From: Candidatus Helarchaeota archaeon
GTDB taxonomy: Archaea; Asgardarchaeota; Lokiarchaeia; Helarchaeales; RDOG01
Assembly: GCA_019058315.1 (NCBI GenBank)
Contig: JAHPZH010000002.1
Span: 352,001-416,000 of the forward strand
Direction of reading: 5' to 3'
DNA: 64,000 nucleotides
Part shown: positions 27,898 to 37,020 of the stretch, one piece after another
How the letters are laid out: each line of letters starts with the position of its first letter
Position numbering within the stretch: position 1 is the stretch's first letter
The notes under the pieces: generated by a model
What the model was told of the DNA's origin: nothing
The model's database searches: none
What the model saw: only the letters and a program-made list of their open reading frames with translations
Program-made: the position numbers and the translations under genes

Positions 27898-28395
27898 ATG
27901 AAAGATTTAGATTCAGAACTGGAATATGAGTATAAAGAACCTTCAGGAAAATGGTGGGAAGAACTCGAATGGATTTTTCCTCCAGAAGAAGACCGAGAAC
28001 CCACATGTTATGAAATGGTTCAGAGTTTTATTATAAATAAAGTTGTTCCTTGTGCTAAGTGTGTGGAATTATCGGGACGGTTTTTACCTCGTGTAATTAC
28101 CATTGAAGCTGAACACCCGATTCGAGGAAATGAGTACTCACGAATAATTATAAGTCCAGTCGATGTAGCAGACGGAGCTCCAACAGTAGAACCCGACCTC
28201 TTAATCCATATTAAATATTACGACTTGTTAAGAGTATTAGATGGAGAATTAGATATAATGAAACCATTATTTTTTGGAGAAGGCTGGTTAATCGGTAATA
28301 CAACAACTGGTTTTGATTTGAAAGATTTAGTCGATGTAGCAAATGGAAAAGAATTAGTTGAGAGACCTAAAGCTTGGCCAATAGGTCACCCATAG
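27898..28395 (+). CDS. SCP2 (sterol carrier protein 2)-like lipid-binding protein inside the acr operon
   Basis: 'EPDLLIHIKYYDLLRVLDGELDIMKPLFFGEGWLIGN' follows the SCP2 C-terminal pattern (PD-x-x-I...L..G.LD.M.....G....G); 1 nt after atwA, 11 nt before acrB. Confidence 0.65.
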   Translation: MKDLDSELEYEYKEPSGKWWEELEWIFPPEEDREPTCYEMVQSFIINKVVPCAKCVELSGRFLPRVITIEAEHPIRGNEYSRIIISPVDVADGAPTVEPDLLIHIKYYDLLRVLDGELDIMKPLFFGEGWLIGNTTTGFDLKDLVDVANGKELVERPKAWPIGHP

Positions 28396-28406
28396 GAGAG
28401 TTTAAT

Positions 28407-29801
28407 ATGATTAAAGATAAAGTTGACGTTTATAATGATGAGGGTGAATGCATAGGAGAAGATTTACCCATAAAAGCATTCTCTCCCTTATATAATCCGT
28501 ATATGGTAAAAGTTTATAATATGATCAAGAGAACCGCATTTATTTCACTAGAAAAATTAGAACAAAATATACGTAAAGGTCGTTTTGGTGAAATGACAAC
28601 CTTACGTCAGGACGAAATACAGATGCCTCAATTTGAACGGAAATGGAAGCTTGTTGATATGGGGCCTGAAATTGCGGAAAAAATGAATAAAATCATTTCT
28701 ATGGACGAAGGATTTAATGGTAAGGATGATGGTTCGAATGTAGATCTGATAGCGGGTGGTAAAATGCTAAGAGTATCCTTACCACAAAGAAGAATAGATA
28801 TTGCAGCTTCCATTGCCCCACTTTATACAATAACTGGGACTGCACTCGCTCAATCTCTTATTGATCTTCTTGATTTAAACCCAATGAATGATATTGATGG
28901 TTGTAATATAGTAAAAACGGCAATTTTTGGTCGTTTTCCACAAACCAGAGAATTTGGATCTTCATGTCCTATTTTTGCTTTTTGTAAACCTCCTCAATTG
29001 GAAGAAGGCATAGGAACTCTGTTCCGTGGTCTCATGATAAACCATATAGTTGCTTTGTCCAATTTTCGGACTTTCGATGCAGTAGCATTAGCAACTTTAT
29101 TAGAACAAGCAGGACAAACAGAGATGGGAAATGCTATAGGGTGGTATGAGCGCTATAATTTATTGACAACCGCATATCAAGGATTTAATGGAAATAACTT
29201 AGTGTTAGATTTAATTAAAGAATACGGTACTGATGGGACAGTTAGTGATGTTGTACATGGTCTAATTGAAAGATCTTTAAATGATGGGGTTATATATCCT
29301 AAAGGAGATAAATTCCCACACACTCAACCTTCTGGATATAAAATTTATTCAACTAAAGATTATCCGCTTTGGAATGCATATTCATGTGCTGGGTTGTTAG
29401 CTGCTGTTTGTGTAAATGTAGGTGCATCTCGTGCTGCACAAGGTTGTGGCGCAGTAATGTCTAGTTTTAGTGATATTCTTTCATTTGAAACTGGGGGTCT
29501 TCCAGATCCAGATGCTGGAAGGATTTTTGGGACTGCACTCGGTTTTACATTTTATACACATTCAATTTATGGTGGGGCTGGACCTGGGGCTTTTACGATG
29601 GACCATGTTATAACTCGCCATACTAGTGGCTTTTTTACACCATGTGTTGCTGCAGCGATGTGTCTAGATGCAGGAACCCAAATCTTTACTCCAAAATTGA
29701 CTTCTGGAAATTATTTTACGCTTCGAAAAGAAATACCACTGCTCACTGATGTTGTTGTTAAGACCACTGAGGCTGCAAAGGAGATAAAAAATAAATTTTA
29801 A
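28407..29801 (+). CDS. mcrB: Methyl/alkyl-coenzyme M reductase beta subunit
   Basis: 'DKVDVYNDEG', 'SPLYNP', 'FGRFPQT', 'EMGNAIGWYER', 'AYQGFNGNNLV', 'LWNAY', 'HSIYGGAGPG', 'HVITRH', 'LDAGTQ'. Start set to the ATG at 28407 after GGAGAG. Confidence 0.96.
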   Translation: MIKDKVDVYNDEGECIGEDLPIKAFSPLYNPYMVKVYNMIKRTAFISLEKLEQNIRKGRFGEMTTLRQDEIQMPQFERKWKLVDMGPEIAEKMNKIISMDEGFNGKDDGSNVDLIAGGKMLRVSLPQRRIDIAASIAPLYTITGTALAQSLIDLLDLNPMNDIDGCNIVKTAIFGRFPQTREFGSSCPIFAFCKPPQLEEGIGTLFRGLMINHIVALSNFRTFDAVALATLLEQAGQTEMGNAIGWYERYNLLTTAYQGFNGNNLVLDLIKEYGTDGTVSDVVHGLIERSLNDGVIYPKGDKFPHTQPSGYKIYSTKDYPLWNAYSCAGLLAAVCVNVGASRAAQGCGAVMSSFSDILSFETGGLPDPDAGRIFGTALGFTFYTHSIYGGAGPGAFTMDHVITRHTSGFFTPCVAAAMCLDAGTQIFTPKLTSGNYFTLRKEIPLLTDVVVKTTEAAKEIKNKF

Positions 29802-29802
29802 G

Positions 29803-30687
29803 GTGAAAATTATGGAAGAAGATGTTTTTGCAGTTGCAGATATTGAAAAATTCAAGAGAAAGAAAAAGAAAGTAGAAAGAAAAGAAGTAGAGAAAAAAGT
29901 TGAAGTTATAGAGGGTAAATATGAACCTCAATTTTACCCAGGACAAGGTCCGGTATCGGAAAGAAGGCGAAAATTATTAAATAAAAATAAAAAGTTATTG
30001 AAATTACGAAGTATTCCAGATGATGATGTGGTTAAATTACTCGGACATCGTCTACCGGGCAGTTTATATCGTAGTATTCATCCCCCTCTAGACGAATTAA
30101 TCCAAGAATATGATCCTATTAAAATGCTTGTAAAACCTACCCCAGGAGCACGTGCAGGTGATCGTGTCCGCTTTGTCCAATTCACTGATAGTTTTTGGAG
30201 ACCTCCTTTTGCCCCTTGGTTAAGAGCAAGGTATTATTTCAATCGTCTACGAGGTGTGGATACCGTTATTTACTCGGGACGTGAAATTTTAGAAATGAGG
30301 GAACGTGATCTAGAGGCAGCCACAAAAATACTAATTGAAACAGAACTTTTCGATCCAGCTAGAACAGCTCTTAGAGGAATTACTGTTCATGGTAGTTCAT
30401 TGAGATTAGATACTGATGGATTAATGTTTGACGCTCGACGTCGATATGTATTGGATAAAGACGTTAATGAAGTTGTTTATATTAAAGATATGCATGCAAA
30501 GATGTTAGATAAACCTATCCCGGTAGGAAGACCTTTCAACGAAGATGAATTAGTTGAGTTTGACGTGACTTATAGATGGGATGCTTCGATGTATAAATCA
30601 CGTACTGAAATTTTAACAGTAATTAATAGAATTGCAAAAGGTAGATTATTAGCAGGTTTTAGACCAGAATTAGTAAATGATTTTTAA
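29803..30687 (+). CDS. mcrG: Methyl/alkyl-coenzyme M reductase gamma subunit
   Basis: 'PQFYPG', 'LGHRLPG..Y.SIHPPL', 'PTPGARAGDRVRFVQFTDS', 'SGREILEMRERDLE', 'RGITVHG', 'DGLMFD'. The ATG at 29812 (after AGGTGA) is an equally likely start. Confidence 0.95.
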   Translation: MKIMEEDVFAVADIEKFKRKKKKVERKEVEKKVEVIEGKYEPQFYPGQGPVSERRRKLLNKNKKLLKLRSIPDDDVVKLLGHRLPGSLYRSIHPPLDELIQEYDPIKMLVKPTPGARAGDRVRFVQFTDSFWRPPFAPWLRARYYFNRLRGVDTVIYSGREILEMRERDLEAATKILIETELFDPARTALRGITVHGSSLRLDTDGLMFDARRRYVLDKDVNEVVYIKDMHAKMLDKPIPVGRPFNEDELVEFDVTYRWDASMYKSRTEILTVINRIAKGRLLAGFRPELVNDF

Positions 30688-30706
30688 TAAAAAGGATTGA
30701 AAATTT

Positions 30707-31570
30707 ATGACAGAAGAAATTGATGTTGAATTAACAGAAAAAATAAAAGAATTATGCCTGAAAGCAGGTGCAGACAAAGTAGGAATTGCAGATGCTGATA
30801 AAGCGGTAGGATCATCACAAGGTCATGCAAATCCAAGGGATATTCTCCCTAATGCGCGGTCAATAATTGTTTTAGCTTCAAAAATCCCCGATAGTGCCAT
30901 CGAATGTAAACATTCTGATGAATTAATCCACGCAAACTTTGTTGCCGTGCAACAAGCAATGAATATGGAACTTGTAAGAATAGGTTATAAACTCTCTCGA
31001 TTTTTAGAAAAATTAGGATATGATTCTATTCCAATTGCACCAGATATTCCTCGAGAAGAAAGTAGGAATATTTGGGTAGGAACTATATCTCATAAATATG
31101 TGGCACAACTCGCTGGTTTAGGTGAAATTGGTCTTGCGAACCTATTTCTTACACCTGAATGGGGTCCAAGAGTCAATTTATGTTGTATACTTACTGATGC
31201 ACCCCTACAACCAGATGGACCTAAATTAGTTGATAAAGTTTGTACAAAATGTAATAAATGTATAGAAGCATGTCCAACTAGAGCCTTAACTTCGAATAAT
31301 TATCCACCATTTAACTTCAATTTAAATCGGTGTCTATGGGCTACTCTTGGATTTTATCGGTTAACAAAAGTTGAGGAACCACCCGAAGACTGGATAGATG
31401 CAAAACCAAGCGCAAATATTGTTCTTCCCAAATATGAGGAAAAATACCCACAAATTCGCACTTTTGAAAATTGGGCTTCTAGATTGGGCGACTTTCCCCA
31501 ATGTATTGCATGTATGGCTGCATGTCCAATAGGAAAGGAGACTCATCAAAAAAGAATTGAGGGCGAATAA
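30707..31570 (+). CDS. Epoxyqueuosine-reductase/reductive-dehalogenase-like cobalamin and 2x[4Fe-4S] protein
   Basis: 'GADKVGIA', 'P.DILPNARSIIV', 'SHKYVAQLAGLGEIG..NLFLTPEWGPRV', CTKCNKCIEACP, CIACMAACP; 19 nt after mcrG. Confidence 0.82.
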   Translation: MTEEIDVELTEKIKELCLKAGADKVGIADADKAVGSSQGHANPRDILPNARSIIVLASKIPDSAIECKHSDELIHANFVAVQQAMNMELVRIGYKLSRFLEKLGYDSIPIAPDIPREESRNIWVGTISHKYVAQLAGLGEIGLANLFLTPEWGPRVNLCCILTDAPLQPDGPKLVDKVCTKCNKCIEACPTRALTSNNYPPFNFNLNRCLWATLGFYRLTKVEEPPEDWIDAKPSANIVLPKYEEKYPQIRTFENWASRLGDFPQCIACMAACPIGKETHQKRIEGE

Positions 31571-31604
31571 TCTCTTTTATTTTTGTTAAAAAAATAAAAA
31601 AAAA

Positions 31605-31826
31605 TTAAGATTCATGATCTCTTGGCATATAGTATATTACCGCCATTAAAATAAGGATTATCGTGAAAAAAACCAAAACAAACATCACATTAAGTGCATT
31701 TGGTGGAACTAAGTATGATGGGGTCATGCTTAATTGACAGAAATTATAAAAAACTAGTCCTATCATTCCTCCTATCAAAGTCATAAAGACAAAAACCGAT
31801 TTTTGATGATTTTTCAAGGACATCAT
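31605..31826 (-). CDS. Small two-TM membrane protein
   Basis: 73 aa with two hydrophobic helices; fills an intergenic gap. Confidence 0.5.
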   Translation of the reverse strand: MMSLKNHQKSVFVFMTLIGGMIGLVFYNFCQLSMTPSYLVPPNALNVMFVLVFFTIILILMAVIYYMPRDHES

Positions 31827-31952
31827 TTTTTTACACTAGATTATAATCGACTCTAATGTATAAAATCTAATGATTGCGGCAAAGGGGTTAAAAAATCTTA
31901 CTAATATGGCAAAAACCTTAGTAGCAAGCATAAAAAAATTTTAAAAATAAAT

Positions 31953-34391
31953 CTATAAGGCTAGTTCAATTTTGGTTGCTTTCTTTTCATCTGGAAATTT
32001 GATTGTTAAAATCTTATTATTTTTATCAAAATTTAACTTATCACTTTCTAAAGTTAATTCTATCCCATTTAAAACAATTTTTTTTGGTATTTCATCCAAA
32101 CAATTAAATCGAATCTCATAATCTCGCTTTTCGGGGTGAAAAGAACCCTTTGGTAGCCCAATTTTAAAAATTATATTACTATCTTCAAGAATACATTCAT
32201 ATTTTGTCTCACAATATTCCCCTTTTTGATAATTCAAAGTATCTCCATCATCTTCATAAAGAGTATATTCCGAAAATCCACTTGGATAAACATCTAAAAT
32301 TAGTGGATTGATAGGTTTTTCACCAATATACTGCATATCTGGCTGCAAGGGGATAATTGAGTCGCCTTTGACAAAAATTGGGATATTTTCAATTGTAATG
32401 TCTATCTCTATCTCTTTGGGACCTTGATATTCTTTCTTATTCCAATAATCTATCCACTTACCAGCTGGTAAATATACTTTCTGCTTTTTGATACGCTTTT
32501 TAGTAATTGGAACAACTAACAACTGACTTCCAAAAAGGAATTCATCATCTAAGGTCACACAACGCTTATCATCTTGATATTCTAATATAAGAGGTCTCAT
32601 AATCGGAAGTCCTTGTGTATGGGCTTCATGAAAAAGTGTATATATATAAGGCATCAATCTATATCGAAGTTTAATGTAATTTCGGCTAATTTCTTCTACT
32701 TTTTTACCAAATTGCCAAGGTTCTTGAGGTCTTGTTCCTGTCATAGTGTGAGTTCTACTAAAAGTATAGAAAACCCCCAGTTGAATCCACCTAGCGTATA
32801 AAGTTGGGTCAAGTTTGAAAAATATTTTTCTGGGATGCATAAGACTAGCTGCAAAACCGCCTATATCCGCTCCACAAAAATGTATTCCACTCAATCCCAT
32901 GTTTAAGAGCATTGAAACACTTAATTTTAAATGTAACCACGAACTTGTATTATCTCCGGACCAAATCGCCGTATATCGTTGAATTCCGGCATAACCAGCT
33001 CGTGTAATTATAAATGGTCTCTTATTAGGCTGTAATTTTAAAAGCCCATCTTGAGTAGCTTGACACATAAATAAAGCATAAACATTATGTATTTTTGCAT
33101 GCCTCGAATTTAATGCATTATCATAATGTAAAACATCTGCTGTTGAAACTTTTCGAAATAATGTATTAATAACATTCCCCGATTCAATAGATGGTTCGTT
33201 CATATCATTCCAAATACCAGCAATCCCCTCATCTAAATATGCTTTTAAATTATTTCCCCACCATTCCCTTACAGTTTCCCTCGTAAAATCAGGAAAAACA
33301 CATTTTCCCGGCCAAACCCAACCATAGAAAGGTTTACCATTTTTTCGTTTACAATATAATTCTTGTTCCATTATTTTATTATAGAATTTGTAATTCTTAT
33401 CAACCTTAATACCCGGATCTACGATTAAATAGATTTTAAAACCTTTATCACGCATATCTGCCATTAATTTCTTCGGATCTGGAAATCTTTTTTTATTCCA
33501 TGTAAAAACACGAAATCCATCCATATAATCTATGTCTAAAACTATCATATCACATGGGATTTTACGCTTTCGTAGCTCATTTGCCACATCCCGAACTTCT
33601 TTTTCTGTTTTATAACTCCATTTACATTGCTGATACCCTAAAGCCCACTTCGGTGGAAAATAGGGTCTTCCTGTTAAAGCTGTGTATAGATTAATAACTT
33701 CTTTAATTGCAGGTCCATAAATGAAATAGTAATTTAATTCTCCCTCTACAGCTCCAAAATAATATATATCTTTGAGTTTTTTACCCATATTAAAGAAAGA
33801 CTTGAAAGAGTTATCAAAAAATATTCCGTATGCCCGACCCTCATTTAAACCGATAAAAAAAGGTATTGATACATATAAAGGATCAGTTTTGTGGTTATAC
33901 ATCATAGCATCTACATTCCAGTTCACGAAATCATTTTTTCTCTTATCCAATTTTCTTGATTTCTCCCCAAAACCGTAATAATGCTCATTTGGAAGCATTT
34001 GCTTAAAACAAATTACCTCTTTATCATGCCATGCATGTCCTCCAAATCCCGCATCTTGATTTATGATATTTCCTTCACTATCATGTATCGTCAAATGAAA
34101 AAGCTTCTTTCTAATACGAAGCTGTAGTTGCGATGTTATAATAATAATCTGATCTTCTTCTTCAGAAATTGTAAGCTGAACTTCAGGCCAGTTATTTTTG
34201 ATAACTGCATAGGAGTAATCTTTTCCAAATTCTTTATTTGTTATGCGAACTCGAATCATTTGTTCATTTAGAAAAGATATCTGGATCTTTGCATTATCAC
34301 ATATAATTTTAATGAGATTTCCGTCCCTCTCAAAACTTTGGATGGCTCTTATAAATTGATATTTGCTTAATTTTCGCAATTTATACTTCAT
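31953..34391 (-). CDS. Glycoside hydrolase family 31 (alpha-glucosidase-like)
   Basis: 'YGFGEK', 'PLYVSIPF', 'PPKWALGYQQ', 'LDIDY', catalytic 'WNDMNEP', 'HNVY', 'WSGDN', 'GADIGGF'. Confidence 0.95.
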   Translation of the reverse strand: MKYKLRKLSKYQFIRAIQSFERDGNLIKIICDNAKIQISFLNEQMIRVRITNKEFGKDYSYAVIKNNWPEVQLTISEEEDQIIIITSQLQLRIRKKLFHLTIHDSEGNIINQDAGFGGHAWHDKEVICFKQMLPNEHYYGFGEKSRKLDKRKNDFVNWNVDAMMYNHKTDPLYVSIPFFIGLNEGRAYGIFFDNSFKSFFNMGKKLKDIYYFGAVEGELNYYFIYGPAIKEVINLYTALTGRPYFPPKWALGYQQCKWSYKTEKEVRDVANELRKRKIPCDMIVLDIDYMDGFRVFTWNKKRFPDPKKLMADMRDKGFKIYLIVDPGIKVDKNYKFYNKIMEQELYCKRKNGKPFYGWVWPGKCVFPDFTRETVREWWGNNLKAYLDEGIAGIWNDMNEPSIESGNVINTLFRKVSTADVLHYDNALNSRHAKIHNVYALFMCQATQDGLLKLQPNKRPFIITRAGYAGIQRYTAIWSGDNTSSWLHLKLSVSMLLNMGLSGIHFCGADIGGFAASLMHPRKIFFKLDPTLYARWIQLGVFYTFSRTHTMTGTRPQEPWQFGKKVEEISRNYIKLRYRLMPYIYTLFHEAHTQGLPIMRPLILEYQDDKRCVTLDDEFLFGSQLLVVPITKKRIKKQKVYLPAGKWIDYWNKKEYQGPKEIEIDITIENIPIFVKGDSIIPLQPDMQYIGEKPINPLILDVYPSGFSEYTLYEDDGDTLNYQKGEYCETKYECILEDSNIIFKIGLPKGSFHPEKRDYEIRFNCLDEIPKKIVLNGIELTLESDKLNFDKNNKILTIKFPDEKKATKIELAL

Positions 34392-34525
34392 TATTAAAAC
34401 CCGAAGTAATTTGTTATTCTATCTTTAATCATAAATTGATTTTTTTATGTTCCTTATTCTTTATGTCTTTTACATTCATAAAAAAATCCTAATATATGGA
34501 ATTTAAAATAAAATCATATTAAGAA

Positions 34526-35110
34526 TTGATGGTGGCAAAAATTATATTCAACACTTTTGATGTTGTCCAACAAATTAAAGACCTTAAAGAGTCCTTGAAA
34601 ACAATTAAAGCTAAGGAAAATCCCATTAAATACGGTGATGTATTAAGAGAATTAGGATTTAAATATATTTCACTCTCAAAATCTCAAAATACTAAAAAAA
34701 ATTTAAAAAATGCAATAAATACTTTTAGAAAAGGGACTAATCTTAAAGGAGTTTCCACTGAAATTTTTCATGCACATATTGGTTTTGCACTTGCTGCTCT
34801 TTCCAAACACGAAAATAGAAAGAAAAATCTAATAAAAGCTATAAAATCGTTTAAAGTCGCGTTAAACTTAATAAATTCGGATAATAATCCAAGTTTTTAT
34901 GCAAAACTTCAATTAAATCTTGGTCAAGCACATTATTTTTTAAGCGATATTCAAGATATTGAACCAAATCTTAAAATTGCTCTGAATGCTTATCAGGAAG
35001 CTATTATGTATTATGATAATTTGGAAGAGTATACAGAGATTGTTAAGGGGATGCATCAAATTATTGATGATATTGAAGAAAAGCTTAATAATTTGAATAA
35101 TAAAAAATAA
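34526..35110 (+). CDS. TPR-like helical repeat protein
   Basis: Repeats of 'NLxxAIxxFxxAL...YAxLQxNLGxA'. Confidence 0.65.
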   Translation: MMVAKIIFNTFDVVQQIKDLKESLKTIKAKENPIKYGDVLRELGFKYISLSKSQNTKKNLKNAINTFRKGTNLKGVSTEIFHAHIGFALAALSKHENRKKNLIKAIKSFKVALNLINSDNNPSFYAKLQLNLGQAHYFLSDIQDIEPNLKIALNAYQEAIMYYDNLEEYTEIVKGMHQIIDDIEEKLNNLNNKK

Positions 35111-35196
35111 TAAAATAGTCGTTTTTAGATTTTACCTCCTTTTTTCACTAGTACTATGAAAATGAAAAAAAAAGAAAAATGGTAAATTAGTCTAGA

Positions 35197-36780
35197 TCAT
35201 TCACTCTTTTTTACTATCAATATGAATATAATTGTTGCAACAGCGGCACCGATTCCAATTATCACAAAAATTATAATTGTATCGGGTTCTTGTGCTCCCA
35301 TAATCAGAATTAGAAGTTCCAGCCGATTAGAAGGAGATACTGTACGGGGTTGAAAATATTTATAAAATATATCATTACCTACTCCGGAACCCCCATAATC
35401 AGAATATTCATCCCATGCCACGTGTACTTTCCCAGATCCATCCACCGCAATTGATGGACTATAAGAATGGTTTGTGCTCTCCGTGGAGATTACATCTGTC
35501 GCGTTAACATAGCCATTCCAATTCCCTGAGATGGGGTCCCAGAATTTGTAAAATATATCAAAATACGGCCCCGCACCATCATAGGGTGACCAATCATACC
35601 ATGCCACGTGTACACTCCCGGATCCGTCCACTGCGATTGATGGCTCATAAGAAAGCGATGTACTCTCTGTGGAGACCACGTCGGTTGCATTGATAGTACC
35701 GTTCCATATGCCTGTCGAGGCGTTCCAGAACTTGTAAAATATATCATTCTCTCCTGCACCTGCGCCTCCATAGTCCGTAAAATCATTCCAAACCACATGT
35801 ATATTCCCTAAAAGGTCTACCGCGATCGAAGGTTGGCTAGAATCTAGTGTGCTCTCAGTGGAAACCACACTAGTTGTGCTCCAGGTGCTTGATGTAGCAT
35901 TCCAGAACTTATAAAATATATCATAATCCGTTCCTACTCCGGTATAATTCGTTTGATCATGCCATACCACGTGAACATTCCCAGAACCGTCCACTGCAAG
36001 TGATGGAAGTATAGAATTATTCAAACTCTCTGTGGAAACTACATCAGTCGCAGTAATAGTACCGTTCCATAAGTTTGTTGTGGCGTTCCAGAACTTGTAG
36101 AATATATCATAATCTGTTCCTGAGCCCCCGTAATTCGCATCATCATACCATACTACGTGCACATTCCCAAAACCATCTGCTACGATTTTTGGTCCGTAAG
36201 CACTACCTGTACTTTCCGTGGAGACCACAGTTGTCGTTTTCCAAGTGCTCGTAGTGGCGTTCCATACCTTGTAAAATATATCAAAATCCGTTCCCGCACT
36301 AGTATAATTCGTATTATCAAACCATACTACATGTACATTCCCGGAACTGTCCACAGCAATCGATGGACTATCAGAAGGTCCCGTGCTCTCTGTGGAGACT
36401 ATATCAGTCGCATTAACTCTACCGCTCCATATACCTGAATTGGCATTCCAAAACTTGTAAAATATATCCAAATCCGTTCCCGCACCCCCAATATTTGTAT
36501 AATCCTCCCATACTACATGTACGTTCCCGGCACCGTCCACTGCGATCGACACATCTTTACCACCAACCGCATGCAAGCTCTCCGTGGAGATCACTTCTGT
36601 TGTGGTCCATCCTGATGTAGACATTTTTAATTTAGGCTCATCTTTTAGTGCATTGTTAGATATTGTTACGTAGCTCCAAGATGATGACTGGTTTGTTGTA
36701 TTTGTGTAAATGATAGGAACAATTGCTAGAATAACTAGCATTTGGGCAAGCGTCAAAATACTAATTTTATTTTTGTTCAT
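35197..36780 (-). CDS. Cell-surface protein with seven 'VSTES..PSIAVDGSGNVHVVWxD...DIFYK' repeats (probable 7-blade propeller), C-terminal TM anchor
   Basis: Signal peptide, seven repeats, many NxT/S sequons, terminal hydrophobic helix followed by KK. Confidence 0.8.
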   Translation of the reverse strand: MNKNKISILTLAQMLVILAIVPIIYTNTTNQSSSWSYVTISNNALKDEPKLKMSTSGWTTTEVISTESLHAVGGKDVSIAVDGAGNVHVVWEDYTNIGGAGTDLDIFYKFWNANSGIWSGRVNATDIVSTESTGPSDSPSIAVDSSGNVHVVWFDNTNYTSAGTDFDIFYKVWNATTSTWKTTTVVSTESTGSAYGPKIVADGFGNVHVVWYDDANYGGSGTDYDIFYKFWNATTNLWNGTITATDVVSTESLNNSILPSLAVDGSGNVHVVWHDQTNYTGVGTDYDIFYKFWNATSSTWSTTSVVSTESTLDSSQPSIAVDLLGNIHVVWNDFTDYGGAGAGENDIFYKFWNASTGIWNGTINATDVVSTESTSLSYEPSIAVDGSGSVHVAWYDWSPYDGAGPYFDIFYKFWDPISGNWNGYVNATDVISTESTNHSYSPSIAVDGSGKVHVAWDEYSDYGGSGVGNDIFYKYFQPRTVSPSNRLELLILIMGAQEPDTIIIFVIIGIGAAVATIIFILIVKKSE

Positions 36781-37020
36781 AATTTTTCCTCGAATTCTAT
36801 AAAGATTTAAATTAGGTTTTCCTTTAGACTATTAAGTCCAAAAATAATGATTTAGTTTATAGAAGAATATTTATTTTTAAGGCTTATCAAAATCATGAAA
36901 TTGTTGTGAGTTATATTCTTTTAGAAATTTTGAATTTCTGGACTATTTCGATAAGAACTAAAAATATTTAAATTATGAATACGATTTTATCTTTAAATTA
37001 ATAATCGGAGGAATCAACAA

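Noticed and set aside
28374-28406. TTG start for mcrB given in the ORF track
   Set aside because: Overlaps the SCP2-like gene; the ATG at 28407 has a GGAGAG site and matches the usual McrB N-terminus.
24414-30687. Evidence of methanogenesis
   Set aside because: Active-site substitutions, gene order and the absence of mcrC/D or mtr in the window fit an alkyl-CoM reductase; reaction direction cannot be read from sequence alone.
34461-34481. Fourth copy of the operator upstream of the GH31 gene (TTATGTC-N7-TTCATAA)
   Set aside because: The right arm has two mismatches in the core; not distinguishable from AT-rich background.
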